A stretch of 63,081 nucleotides of DNA, filler included, from Salisapilia sapeloensis CBS 127946 (lineage: Eukaryota; Protista; Oomycota): NCBI GenBank assembly GCA_023334545.1. It is 9 parts of 9 records of this genome, joined end to end, with 100 filler letters (N's around TTAATTAATTAA, not from the genome) between each part and the next. Parts side by side here need not be neighbours in the genome. Positions count along the whole stretch, not along the records: positions 14,118 to 37,138 come from JAADVB010000272.1; 8 more parts are not named here. The stretch is one strand, 5' to 3'. Positions within the stretch are counted from its first letter, which is position 1; each line of letters opens with the position of its first letter. This document shows, piece by piece, positions 23,540 through 35,740 of the stretch. A program made the position numbers and the translations under genes. The notes under the pieces were generated by a model that was given only the letters and a program-made list of their open reading frames with translations, did no database searches and was not told where the DNA came from.

Positions 23540-24330
23540 GTCCAATCAATCAGATTAGTCCCTAGCTCAAAGTTCAGAGATTTCAATTTTGCTACTGAGC
23601 AGTTTTGATGCAGACAAGGTAGCATAGATCAATGGTACTCCTTCCGTGATGATAAGTAGGACTTCAGAATTGCCTTTGCAATCTGCATTTCAAATTCCTT
23701 TCACCTGGGAAAAAGTCCTAGGACCACTGTAGCTACATGTCTGCGCACCATTTGTCGTTAGCGTATACACGGTCGATCGTAGCCGATTGAACCGAACCAT
23801 CTTACTCAATCTCAAAACTGTGTCATATCCATAAGTTTCCCCAGTGGATTGCGATCTACTTGCCACGTTTTCCATCATGGTTATGAAAGTGAATTTGCTG
23901 GGCTTGGGAAGTTTAATCAGGCCAATGTCACTTCCTTGACTTATACATTATGCCAATCTCACTTCGGTCCAGCAATGCTTCCTGAGATTGCGAAAGTTTC
24001 CATCGACGTGTAGTTCATAAAATTAAAGCGTAAGTTCCATCCTTAATACAGCGTGCAGCTCTAGGGACCCATTGAGGTTGACCAAATACACCGTTGGACA
24101 CAGTTTCGTGTGCACTAATTTTGGCAATGCACGAAATCTATTCTTCTCCAAAATCTACACAATTGGTCCATTAATGCTGCTTACAGCTGGATGCGAATTC
24201 GTGTCGTTAATAGAAACAACTTGGCTGTCGTTCGACAGGCCGTTGGAAGTCACTTTGGATAAAATGAGAGTGCACATGACATGGAAAGCATGCTGCTCTC
24301 GATTAGTAATTTGATTTATAAGCATTGTAT
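23540..24330 (-). pseudogene. Trypsin-like serine protease pseudogene, paralog of 28067-28942
   Basis: Manual translation gives INGPIV*..., GVFGQPQWVPRAARCIKD, QGSDIGLIKLPKPSKFTFITMMENVASRSQSTGETYGY and DCKGNSEVLLIITEGVPLIYA. These are collinear with the intact copy (INGQIV, GVLIRPEWILTAAHCIKD, QGNDVGLLQLIKPSIFRPVAMLEHAESRTQSIGTAYGY, MCPGDSGGPLMIEESEPLVYG). Stops and frameshifts present. Confidence 0.85.
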
Positions 24331-24584
24331 TTTGTAGAGTATTCTACTTGTAACCACAGAGCACTCTGTGCTACATCAAAGAATGCCGCATCTGACTAAC
24401 TTTGTAATTTAATGTCTTGCACCCAACCTATATGACTCAATGAGAAGGATTTACTTTGAAACTTCGAACTTTTTGAAAAATAAATATGTAAAACTTATTA
24501 TTATAAATGTTAATAATTCAATGAAGAACTGTCAAACAAAATGAGAATTTAAAACGAGAGGATTCAGTTTACAAGTGGCGTCTA

Positions 24585-27185
24585 TCATTTGCAGCCTAAC
24601 CAGGCCTCGACTTCCGGATCACAAGGAGGACCTATCTTTCTCTTAATCTGCTGTTTACGGTGCTCGAGGAAGATTGGGTTTTTAATGCACGAAATTGCCA
24701 TCAAGCGCCGATTGAAGCAAATTGATGGTGGCGAATCCGCATCTAAAGAGCATTGCTTGTACATCATACCATCGCAAACCTTTGTGTTTTCTTCGGTTGG
24801 AATTGAAAAGATAGCTTCCATAGACGTATCTATTATCCCGCAAACGTATAGATTGAATTGGTCAAACAGCTCCAGCATCCTTGGAGATGCTCTACCAATG
24901 CTTGAAGGCAAGCACGAGGCTCGAGGATCGTCGCTGAGTGGATCTGCTTGACAGTATGGATGATCTGGATTACACTGTCCAAGATATCCATTGCAGCACA
25001 GTGGAGCGTGCAGCACGATTGCGAAGAAGGTCAGATCAGCCTCTTCATTAAGACTGGGAAGAGTACGTAGCTTTGGGGCATGTATAATTGTGAATGCCTT
25101 TAGATTGAGCACTTTGTCGAAAGATGGTAGACTTGTAAGCGAATTAACTGAGACGATTGTAAATGCCCGAAGACTAATAAGTCCATCCAGAGATGGTATC
25201 TCTCGAAGGTGAGGATGCACACCAAGATGAAGATAGGCGAGACGATGCTTATTATCGAAAAAGTTGGTAGGTATGCGAACAAGATTGGTATCTTCCATTT
25301 TGCCTTCGATATGCCTAAAAGCGAAAGTTACATAGGTATATAGAGAGGTTGTAGTCTAGTTACGTACAATATTTCAAGATTCGAGAGTGCGCTGGCCCAG
25401 TCAGGTATTTCCATCAGCCCAGTGTACATTAGGTGTCTACGTGTTTAAGTAGAATATCATCATGTGAGAAGAGAATGATACAATATTTTCCAGCTTCACG
25501 TACATTTGCTGCAGGTTTGTACAAGCATCCATTCCTTTTGGCAGTTCTTTCACAGCTCGATTGACAATCTTGAGAATCTGTAGATCCCCTGTCTGAGTCA
25601 GCGCTTTCAACTTTTCTGTAGCGTCCTTGGGTTGTATCCACTCATTATAACTCTTAGGAGCTTTTTCAACATCTACAAATCCAAGACAAGGGCAGTTTTC
25701 CGTCTTTCGCCAGTGATAGGCATAAACAACGCACTCGGGATGATGTAAACAAACAGCTTCAGAGCGCTTTACAGCCTCCATAGGAATCGCAACTGCGAGG
25801 GCAGCGCAGACTACGAATATTATCGCTATTATTCGAGGTACCTCTATCTGTTTGCGCTTTCTGTTTTCCACAAAAGCCGGTTGTGAACTCGTCTTAGTGC
25901 TCTTCGCTTCATATATTAAAGTCTCCGTGATACGAATCAGGCGATAAGATGATGATAAGTGCAGAGCTATTTGCAATGCAAAGTCTGATATGTGACGAAT
26001 GCGAAGGGTGTTGAAGCTAACCAGAAATTGCGTTGTTTCTATAGGGTCAGCTGCAAGTCTAGCGACGCGGCGAAGGTTTCCACGTGGAATTACCTCATTG
26101 TTTAAAGTAAGCATATCGTGGTCCAATTCCAATCTTGAGTAGCAAAAGAAGAGAGTAGTCATTGGAAACCCGATGGCAACCATAGAGTCGAAGCTATAAG
26201 GATTGACCGTGTTAAGCAGCATATCTATGATCAAGAAGCACATACGTACACGAATCCGATTACAGCTTCAGTGAACGACGATATACGTCGTCCGCATAAT
26301 ATGAGTCCAGCATATGAGATAGAATTACAAAAAATCAACGCTCCACAGGCGTACATGAGTTCTAGGGAACCCGATTTCATAAGTCGATAGAGCGCTGTCG
26401 ACTGCAGTGTGATATCGAAAATTTCCTGGCTGATGTTCTAACCAAACGATTTAATCAGCTGAGGTGTCAGAACATATAGAACGAACATTTAACAAACCAG
26501 TACATACCCATAGACGGCGATATGGCCCCTCATAATCCAAAACATCATTGACAGGACGAAGAAGAAATGATGCTTTTCGTAAGAAAGTCTTCTTTCGAAT
26601 AATTCGATGCTGCTGCTTAAAACTCGACTTTGTTGCACTTCGAAAGACAAGTAGAACGAGCACTTTCGCATATAACAACGCAACCACTATCAGACTGATA
26701 ACACTCAAGACCATGAGTTCAAAATTTGACTTTCCAATCAGCCAGAATTCTCCATCATCATAGTCTGAAGTACCCGTTAGAACATTTGCTGTCTCGTTTG
26801 GATACATATTCAGTGCGATGAGCCATAGGACCCAAACGATAGACTTAATGCTGAGAGCTAGTAGAGGAGGCCCATAGAGTCCGAAGATGCCAATGAAAGA
26901 AAAGTTAGTTTTTCTAGTGACAACAGTTTGACTCTGTGATCGTTGATCGTTATTCATATTTGGCCCAGGAATGAATGGTATCGGTGCAACTGCAGATCGC
27001 TTAACAATAGAGCAATTATCTTCCAAGTGTTCCGTTACTGTGTCAACACCAAAGGCAGTGTCCCTATTTGAAGTCCTTTTTTGTTTTTCCTTTCCTTCCT
27101 TCGTCATTTTATCTTCGTTATCGTTAGGCAAGCTGGAATGTATACTATTTGTTTGGGCTGATCCTAGATACTCTACTTGTGCCAT
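24585..27185 (-). CDS. Oomycete WLGC-family multi-pass membrane protein with LRRs and Cys-rich C-terminus; five exons
   Basis: Ends CDPEVEAWLGCK; LRR segments (LTSLPSFDKVLNL). Four GT-AG introns with consistent phases join ORFs 26451-27185, 25437-26243 and 24585-25298 via two short exons (NISQEIFDITLQ..., HLMYTGLMEIPDW...). Confidence 0.85.
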
Positions 27186-28066
27186 ATAAAAATTGTTAGA
27201 AAGGGTCTAGGTAGGCAAGGATGCATAAACCAACCTTGCTGTTCTTTGCTATAAAATCGCTTCAACTACTCCACAAGAGCAATCCTACTGGCTGTGGTAT
27301 TTGACTGAGCGTAGCTAAAATCAAATAGACAATGCCTCTGCACCAGACTATGTGAGCGTAGTTCTGGCGCAGTCTATTTATAAGTTGAATAGAGTATGCG
27401 TAAGCTAAATGGAGATATCCTATATGTTTCAGATCACACCTCCATATTTTCTTTACGTCGTACTGTCACCAAGGGTGATATGCTTTCCTTGAGTCCGCTG
27501 AGGCAAGTCCATCGTACACACACGTATTCACCTAGTTCTAATTCAAGATTTGATAGCTAAATATTAACAGATCTTCTAGCTCATCGACTCTAGGTAAATT
27601 GTTGTTTTCTACACTGATATCGAAGCCGATTGAATTAGAAATTAAAAGTAAAGCAAGCTACTGCTTTGATCAATTAATCCTTCTTTTGCTTTCTTAATTA
27701 CCACAGGTCCCACAGGACTCCGTTAATAACGGCTGGATGTTCTCTGAGTGGGGCTTAGCAAACTGTTAGTGGTTGCTAGATGTCCTTGAAAGATAATAAA
27801 GGGTCCATAACTCTCTTCGAGTACACGCTGGTGCAAATTCTTCCCAAGTTTATGTCTACCAGTTCAAAAGTAGCAGACAATTGTCAGACTTTCGTCCATG
27901 TCATGGCCTGTAGACACCCTGCTCATCATCTTTAAATTCAATATAAAAGACAGAATAGTTGCGATGGAAACATTAGACCAGGTTACCATTGTCAAAGCCT
28001 CACATCTGGTTTCATGGCAAAGCTCAAATCATCTTCTTATTCCAATTCGTTAAGCATTGTCCATGA

Positions 28067-28942
28067 CTACTTGGTTCCATCATTATGGTTATATGGCAGT
28101 GGGTGCTTAGCACCATTCTTCAGAATAGCTATATATTCCGCATCTTGTGCTTCATACTTGTTGATGGTATCCACAATCCATCTATAGTGATGTGGTACTA
28201 GCTCGAATCGTGGGTGTTGATTCTTACTTGTCAGGCATGAACGAGCTGCGGATTGTATACCATATACGAGCGGTTCACTTTCCTCGATCATTAGAGGGCC
28301 ACCAGAATCGCCAGGGCACATTCCGTCTCTTTCTTCTTGTACTAGAGGGCAGAATACTGTTCTAGGGAGACCTTTAGGACACATGTCGTAATCATTCCAT
28401 GTAAGTTTTAGTGAAGTCGTCCGTAGCTTCTTTGAAGTGACCAACTTATCCGATCGGACATGTCTGCCATAACCATACGCTGTACCGATTGATTGAGTTC
28501 GACTTTCCGCGTGTTCCAACATTGCAACGGGACGGAATATGCTTGGCTTGATCAGCTGAAGCAAACCAACGTCATTCCCTTGAGGAGATTTTTCAATTTT
28601 ATAATATTCCGGTCTAGGTATACCTCTCTTGCTTTTTAACGTTTCTTTGAATGTGCCATTCCTTAAAGTTACAGTTCTCCTTGTATCTTTGATACAGTGG
28701 GCAGCTGTAAGGATCCATTCAGGTCGGATAAGTACACCAGTACATCGCGATCCACCTCCTGTGATTTTAGCAACGTATGGAACTTTATTTCGTTGCTTGA
28801 ATGGTACGATTTGGCCATTTATACGGTTTGTAGCTGGTTGGAAGGTTGTCGCATTGATATAGATAGATGGGGCATGGAAAGAGATGCTCGTAGAAGCGAA
28901 CGACGTAGAAATGATAGTGAACAGCAAGAGAAGTTTGAGCAT
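28067..28942 (-). CDS. Secreted trypsin-like (S1) serine protease
   Basis: Signal peptide MLLKLLLLF; catalytic triad motifs LTAAHC, NDVGLL, GDSGGP. Confidence 0.92.
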   Translation of the reverse strand: MLKLLLLFTIISTSFASTSISFHAPSIYINATTFQPATNRINGQIVPFKQRNKVPYVAKITGGGSRCTGVLIRPEWILTAAHCIKDTRRTVTLRNGTFKETLKSKRGIPRPEYYKIEKSPQGNDVGLLQLIKPSIFRPVAMLEHAESRTQSIGTAYGYGRHVRSDKLVTSKKLRTTSLKLTWNDYDMCPKGLPRTVFCPLVQEERDGMCPGDSGGPLMIEESEPLVYGIQSAARSCLTSKNQHPRFELVPHHYRWIVDTINKYEAQDAEYIAILKNGAKHPLPYNHNDGTK

Positions 28943-30848
28943 AATTGCTTCGACGGATGAATCAAATAATGGTGTGATGGTTTCACGCGAAAGTGAAATC
29001 CAATAGTTCCCTCTTAGCACGCCATGAAAATCAATCAGACAATTTGTACATCTGACAGCGTCATCGCTGGGCCCACAGCTATGAAATCCAAGGGTAAAAC
29101 TAAGAGCCTACAAGCTGAAAAGCTGTTGATCGTTAGTTATAGCAAGTTTTGTTGTATGTAGGTCAAGATGTTTAGCCTATGTCGTTTGATGTGGAACTTT
29201 TATGAGATGGTAGTATACGAGTTATCATGGCTGTCAGCATTGGAATAAGCGAATATAATGTGTCAACTAGATACACCATTTCTATGATTTGGTGTTTGAG
29301 GTCTAAGACAATAAAGGTTGGTCGAATGGTTTAAGTAGACTTCTTTGTAGTTTAATGAAGCTGTTCAAGCGGTGTAGATGCCTATCTGAATCGAACGGAC
29401 TAAACTATCTCTTGAACTGTTCGCCCGTTTGTAGTTTAGTTAAAGACACGCAGATGACACGGTTCTGACGTATGCCTCGCACTATTTGGGAACTTTCTTA
29501 GCCTTTAATGTCATTGCATTGTAAATGATGGGCTTATGATGTAACGTAAGACCGCCTTTGTACACAAAAGATCTGGAATGTCTTTGTCTGTATCAATAAG
29601 GGTTCCACTGCCCTCAACTAGCTTGGCAATTTCTGTAGTAATTCAAATCTAATAGTATTTATTGTTGCAAAGCCAGAGGTATATTAACGTCTGTTTAGTC
29701 TACGTGTACCCTCGGAGCCCACCTCCGGTAGGCTTAACCATTCCGAGAAATGGTGTTGTACGTAATCGATTTGTTCAGAGTCAAATGACTGGAGTGAGAC
29801 CGCTAATTGATTCCAGAGCTCCAGATGCTGTGACCTGCGCTCTTTAGTGACAATGGTTGATACCGGTGGCGCAGTCAGCAGTATTTGCACTACTTGACTG
29901 CGCTCCCTGACCTCTTCGCAGATCCAGTGGAATGTCTTTAACCACGTTTGCCATTCGGTATGCTTTAATGACGCTTGGTTGTTCATGGCTCGAAGTTTCT
30001 TCCCTTTGTAAGGACAGTTGTGGATAAGTCGCAGTGTTGTCGGTTTCTCTCTGGAGTGCTTCCTGGCTTCTCTTTTAAATCTAATAGGAACCAGTTATTA
30101 CCCAAAGATGATCTAATGAATATGGCTTTAAGCTGATGCATCATTCAAATTTACTCGCGTTTTCCTCATCATTTAAAGATGTGTCATCTACTTTTGTATA
30201 CGTGGAGCCCCCACTGCATCTTGGATGAAAATATGAAAGTGTAGCAAGAGCTTTGTAGAATTTTAACAACATCCATGCACTAGCTAAAGTGCTAGAAACC
30301 TACTCCAACGAGTGATTGAATCCCAATTATTAAAGGCGTAGTGTGGGGAAGACTACATGCATCAACTTGATTGAATAATTCTTCAATTGATTGCTATGAT
30401 TGAAACGAAGTGAACTTAGATCTTGCAGAGACTGTAGTTCAAAGCAGATATTGGATCTGATCTACCAAAAGAGAAAGAATACTGAACACATGAGTCTCCT
30501 AGACTTGGATTTACAGCTTCCGAACGATCATTTATCTGCACATCTATTGAACCTAGATCCATCCAAGCGATTCCAAAATTCTCCTCAGTCATGGCATAAA
30601 AACTTTATAATTGCCTTCTTTATACGCACCAAATCAAATTGTCGCTACGTCTTTCAATAAAACTTAAACTCAGGCATACTTGTCATCATCCTTGTTCTTG
30701 AAGTCAAAGCATTAGCGAAACCTTATCGGCTTAAAACTCGAACGACCTTTTAAGATCTGTTCGCCACCGTTTCGTCTTATGCAGGTTCAATTCTCTTCCA
30801 AGCATTCGTACAGGGCACACTTTTATAAGTTCATTATATTTACCAACA

Positions 30849-32996
30849 ATGGTAGCGGAGTCCCTTGAAACAACCTGGAAGCAATTATTGGACCCATGGG
30901 TCTCTACACTTCGCGGCCGCGTTCGCATTCACACTCGCCCCGGTGTCTCTCGCCGAGTCTATGCAGACTGGATCAGTGTGACGCTTTGCGCCGGTGACTC
31001 TGCTACTCGCCTCACACGTTTGCAGCAGGCCATTCGACTTCTATCTACTCTCGCCCTTATAGATACCCGGGCTTTCTGGGAAGCCGTCGTTTCGGCCAGT
31101 GTCTGGCCTCGTTCCGCCAGCACTGATGCCGAGCTTCTTCACGGAAGCCCATTTCCCATCCCGTTCGTCCTGTCGGCTGATGCTAGCTCTAGTGCGAGGG
31201 GAGGTCCTCGTCGAGCCACTGTCTTTCGTTCGTTCTTTGAAAAAGCAAATGCATTTGACAATCTAGATGAAGATCCGGAAGTACTTACTGTAGAACGTAA
31301 ATTACTAAGTTACTGGTGGCAGACGTTAGATGAGTGTGCTTTGAGAGGCGAGTCGGATGAACCGGTATATCTTCGTCATCGCAAGTGGCAAATACCTATC
31401 GGATTAGAATTTTCTACCGGTGGAATCGGTGGAGAAGACGGACAAAGCTTTTATAAAGATGTCTTACAGAGTGTCCAAGAGACACAACAAGCTATCCCGA
31501 GTGTCTCGATCGATAAGAAACAGTGGACAGATTGTGAGGCGCAATGTGCTTGTGTACCAAGTGATAGAGATGCACTAGACATCAACCTGATCTCTCTTGC
31601 TTCCAATGACCAAATGACAGACGACGTCCTCTCCCTAACACCTCCTCCCGTACGCTTCCAACTACAGTTCGTTCGCATTTTACCGCATCTAACGACACTA
31701 AAAGCCGATGACGCCGAGATGCTCATGCGTCTACTGCGCTTAGTGCCCATGGGCGAACTGCGGCTTGCGTCGTCCATGGAGTACAGCGGTCCGTGTCTCG
31801 GTCGCACCTTGCGTGAGCTCACAGCTGCTGCGCTTGGTCTAGCACTAAGTCCGTCTCTTCAAATCATGTCTAAACCACTGTGGCTCGCGGCTGGGTCTCC
31901 GTCCAACGCGAAAGAACCGACTCGAGACGGTCCGAAGACCATATCGATGGATCCGTTACAACGAGACGGAAGTACCTTTCTCCACCTCTGTAGTGCTTTA
32001 CCATACTCCACTTCCGTCAAAGAGTTGCGACTCCAAATGCGATGTCGAGACATCGGCATCGCCCATTGGCAACGTCTTGCCTATGCTCTCTTTAGCTGTG
32101 AAAGCAATCGATCCATACGTCGTATCACGATCCTCGGCGCAGAACTCACGGCTGATCATGTGAATGCTATGCTTCGTGTCATTCGGTCGTCCAAGCCAGG
32201 TCGATTGCTACGTGAAGAGGCAGTACTGTTCCAAGAAGACATCAATGACTATGCTGCGAGGAGTCCTCTAACGTGCAGCCATCCAACGCACAACATCACA
32301 TCTGTCACCATTGCTATGCGTGTCTTGGATGCAGTTGCGTTCGAAGCGTTTATAGATCTTCTCATGGAGATCGGACAGCCCATTCGTCATCTATCGTTAC
32401 GCCTTATTGGGCGGAGCATGTTCGCTTATCCTGTTGTGTTAGAACAAATTATACGTGCATGTCCAAAGCTAGAACGACTAGAAGTAGATGGCATCCAGAT
32501 CACACAAGCACAGGACATTGCGAACGGATTTAACGTCCCACGATGTAAGCTCCAGGCTTTGTCCTTGTGTGACGTCGGCTTGACACCTGCCGTCTTTGTC
32601 CATTTGATGGATGCACTGGCAGATAAATCACATGCGATCTCTCATTTGTTGACAGAGCTCAGCTGTATGTCTTTAGTGGACTCGTCCATGGACCAGTCGG
32701 CCGTGGAAGCTTGCTTGGCGATGCTGGATAAGAACCATCGGCTCCGGTGTTTAGAATTATCCATGTACCCTGTACTACAACATCACTATGGTCCTCAGTT
32801 GACGGCACATAATGGAGATACATTATCTCTCCAACGATTGCCAATGCCCATCAAGTCGAGATTAGCGTTCATGAGCGTCGTTCGTCGAAAGGGGCCAGAA
32901 GACGTTTCGACGTACATTCTGTCGACCGACGTGTTACAACACATCTTTGACTATGCTGCTGAAAATGCTAAACGAAAGATTCGACTAACGTATTGA
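30849..32996 (+). CDS. Oomycete hypothetical protein with C-terminal RNI-like leucine-rich repeats
   Basis: 715-aa intronless ORF. Repeats such as CPKLERLEV, LQALSL and LRCLEL; C-terminal RLAFMSVV...ILSTDVLQHIFDYA. Confidence 0.7.
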   Translation: MVAESLETTWKQLLDPWVSTLRGRVRIHTRPGVSRRVYADWISVTLCAGDSATRLTRLQQAIRLLSTLALIDTRAFWEAVVSASVWPRSASTDAELLHGSPFPIPFVLSADASSSARGGPRRATVFRSFFEKANAFDNLDEDPEVLTVERKLLSYWWQTLDECALRGESDEPVYLRHRKWQIPIGLEFSTGGIGGEDGQSFYKDVLQSVQETQQAIPSVSIDKKQWTDCEAQCACVPSDRDALDINLISLASNDQMTDDVLSLTPPPVRFQLQFVRILPHLTTLKADDAEMLMRLLRLVPMGELRLASSMEYSGPCLGRTLRELTAAALGLALSPSLQIMSKPLWLAAGSPSNAKEPTRDGPKTISMDPLQRDGSTFLHLCSALPYSTSVKELRLQMRCRDIGIAHWQRLAYALFSCESNRSIRRITILGAELTADHVNAMLRVIRSSKPGRLLREEAVLFQEDINDYAARSPLTCSHPTHNITSVTIAMRVLDAVAFEAFIDLLMEIGQPIRHLSLRLIGRSMFAYPVVLEQIIRACPKLERLEVDGIQITQAQDIANGFNVPRCKLQALSLCDVGLTPAVFVHLMDALADKSHAISHLLTELSCMSLVDSSMDQSAVEACLAMLDKNHRLRCLELSMYPVLQHHYGPQLTAHNGDTLSLQRLPMPIKSRLAFMSVVRRKGPEDVSTYILSTDVLQHIFDYAAENAKRKIRLTY

Positions 32997-33190
32997 AAAG
33001 AACGATGCACCTTTGTTGTAAATATGGAGCTAGGTAGATGTTGCATCGAGTTCGAGGTCTAGGGCGGTCGGTAGGGTTTGATCTGTAGGGTGTACCAGTT
33101 GTGTGCCGTCTGAGGTACTCTAATCTTCAAGTACGCATGCGACGAGGGAGATAGCTGGAAGAAAGAGCCTATTGAAATACGACGACAGAG

Positions 33191-35089
33191 ATGACCTTTA
33201 CACTTATAAGTGAAGATGATGCTGCTGCACATGACCGTGTGGCACATACAGGTGAAGGCAAGACTGTAGCGGTGTTCAAGGAAGACGGCGTCATCGTTTC
33301 ATCTCGATTCGACGGAGGTAATTTATCCCGTGCAGACCGCGTGGGGGAAGACTGTTACGACTTGCATGTTCATGAGGATGCTGGAAAAGGTCGAACAGGG
33401 TATACGACATGGTTTTACTTTCAAGTATCCGTTCGATCGACGGACGAGCGTGCTTCGAATGCACTGCCTCGAACGCTCCAATTCTCTCTTGTGAATATGA
33501 ATCCACAGCGAGGACTGTATCATCATGGCTATTCGATCATGTACCGATCAACCAATGGCATGAATGCGTGTGACTGTCCACATCGTACTGCAATGTCACA
33601 TGACGACGGTAGCTGTGGCTGTCCTTCCTCTTGCTGGGAAGGCACAACGGAAATGGGAGATATGTGGGACCGTATCACAACTCCACTTCAATTCGAAACT
33701 GTACGACCGAATGGTATTAGTAAGCAGGAGGAGTGTTCCACTCGAGGAAAGCTCCGATCACCTACTAAACGTAGACAAAGTGCTACGTCATTAAAAGGTT
33801 CTCAGCTGCAAGAATGGCTCGATACGAGACGACGGATCACATTCACGTACACCATTCAACACCCTCACCATGAGGTCGTTCGTTTTGCGTTTTGTTATCC
33901 ATATTCCTTTGATCTTGTCCAACGACAATTGAGCCAATTGGACACGACGCTGGGTTCAAACACCCATTCGAATACGTCAGATAGCATGTACTATCATCGG
34001 GATGTACTGACTCGATCGCTACAAGGCATACGAGTGGACATACTGACGCTATCGTCAAGAAGAGGGATACTAGCAACACATCCACCTACGTTACCAGCTC
34101 AATTCGATTGTCATGAAAAACGGACAGTTATCATCTCTGCTCGTGTACATCCAGGAGAAACACCTGCCAACTTCATGCTGGATGGAATGATTCACTTGCT
34201 AACCAGTTCGACGGATCCGAGGGCAGTAGCTTTACGTGACCATTTTGTGTTTAAAATTATTCCAGTGCTGAATCCGGATGGTGTCTGTCAAGGACACTAT
34301 CGTACGGATACTCGAGGTGTGAACCTTAATCGAGTGTATGAACAGCCAGACGCTAATCAAGAGCCTGCTGTCTATGCTCTAAAGACATTGATTACGGAGA
34401 TAACGCATGACTATCGTCGTGCAGGTGTAGAGTCACCTGAAACTAGTGTCGTGTACATTGACTTGCATGCGCATGCGAATCGGCGTGGCTGTTTCTTCTT
34501 TGGAAATAACTTTATGGAGAAAAGAGAGAACCAGGATCTCGTCAAGAGACAGATCCAGACGCAACTGCTGGCGAAACTCGTTGGACTCTACTCTCCTTTC
34601 TTTGATTATGCTGCGTCTTCGTTTGATAAGAGTGAAATGTCGAAACAAGACCTTCGGGCGAATGGAACTGCGACGGCATCACGATCCGGAAGCAGTCGTG
34701 TGGCACTATACAAAGCGACTGGACTCACTCATGTTTATACGCTCGAATGTAATTACAATGAAGGAAGACAGAACACGTCTGTCATTCCAGCTCGATCAGA
34801 TATAATTGTCGACAGTAAAGCAGGCGGGAAGGTGAAGGGAGCAAGTCAGTCGCTACAGAAAGCTCGACTGTATACGAAATTTACACCTGAATCCTGGCGT
34901 GACGTTGGTACTGGTGCTGTTTTGGCTCTTTTAGATTTATTCTACATTTCGACAGGAACTTCTCGCATCTCGTCTTCAACGTTTGGTAGCATCGATGCCA
35001 TTCGAAAGGACCTTCGGACCGAAGTGCAGCAAAGTTGGGGAGAAATGAAGTCGAAACGAGAGAGTACTTCGAATAAATCCAAGATCTAA
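33191..35089 (+). CDS. Cytosolic zinc carboxypeptidase (M14D; CCP/AGBL tubulin deglutamylase, CCP5-like)
   Basis: SRFDGGNL, WFYF, FAFCYPYS, SARVHPGE, IIPVLNPDGV, GHYRTDTRGVNLNR, IDLHAH, YTLECNY. Confidence 0.92.
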   Translation: MTFTLISEDDAAAHDRVAHTGEGKTVAVFKEDGVIVSSRFDGGNLSRADRVGEDCYDLHVHEDAGKGRTGYTTWFYFQVSVRSTDERASNALPRTLQFSLVNMNPQRGLYHHGYSIMYRSTNGMNACDCPHRTAMSHDDGSCGCPSSCWEGTTEMGDMWDRITTPLQFETVRPNGISKQEECSTRGKLRSPTKRRQSATSLKGSQLQEWLDTRRRITFTYTIQHPHHEVVRFAFCYPYSFDLVQRQLSQLDTTLGSNTHSNTSDSMYYHRDVLTRSLQGIRVDILTLSSRRGILATHPPTLPAQFDCHEKRTVIISARVHPGETPANFMLDGMIHLLTSSTDPRAVALRDHFVFKIIPVLNPDGVCQGHYRTDTRGVNLNRVYEQPDANQEPAVYALKTLITEITHDYRRAGVESPETSVVYIDLHAHANRRGCFFFGNNFMEKRENQDLVKRQIQTQLLAKLVGLYSPFFDYAASSFDKSEMSKQDLRANGTATASRSGSSRVALYKATGLTHVYTLECNYNEGRQNTSVIPARSDIIVDSKAGGKVKGASQSLQKARLYTKFTPESWRDVGTGAVLALLDLFYISTGTSRISSSTFGSIDAIRKDLRTEVQQSWGEMKSKRESTSNKSKI

Positions 35090-35740
35090 TGTACAATACT
35101 TTTTAATCTTACAGTCGTCATGCTTTCTATTGATGCTGGTTTGGTATCTACAATATTTACTACATGATGGGAAGCATGCGTTAATGGGTATTCGGCAAGG
35201 TTACTATATACAAACGTCATGGACGACTTGTAACGGCAGGAAACGGATGTGCCCTTCGCTACGAAGAGTCGGATAAATCATTAGCAGTGGTTTCGAGGAA
35301 GGCGTCAGGCATCTTGCTACCGTCGTTTAGAAGTGAATGGGCACACCAACCTTCTAACGAGCCACTTTTGATTGAAAAGTGACGATCTGCTGGAGCTAAG
35401 GGGCTTATTACTCGTTACGACGTTCTGGTAACCTCGACCTGTTACGCATGACTGGTAGAGTGGAAACTTTCGAGTTACTACGCTGAAGTTGCGTCGACTC
35501 TTTCCCAGATAAGAAGCTTTCTGCCAATTTCTCGAGTATCTCAAATAGCGCGATAGGACAGTCCGAGGTCTGTTTCTCCGACACGACTGTACTTACTATG
35601 GAGGTTTTTACCTGGCTGCGATTTCTTCTCTACATAAATTTCTTCTGCGACTTTGCAATCATTTGTCTTTCCTGGCTAAGGGCATATATCTGTTGAGATT
35701 TTCAGTCCTTCATTCAGTCTTTTCAGTTCCCACGACAGGC

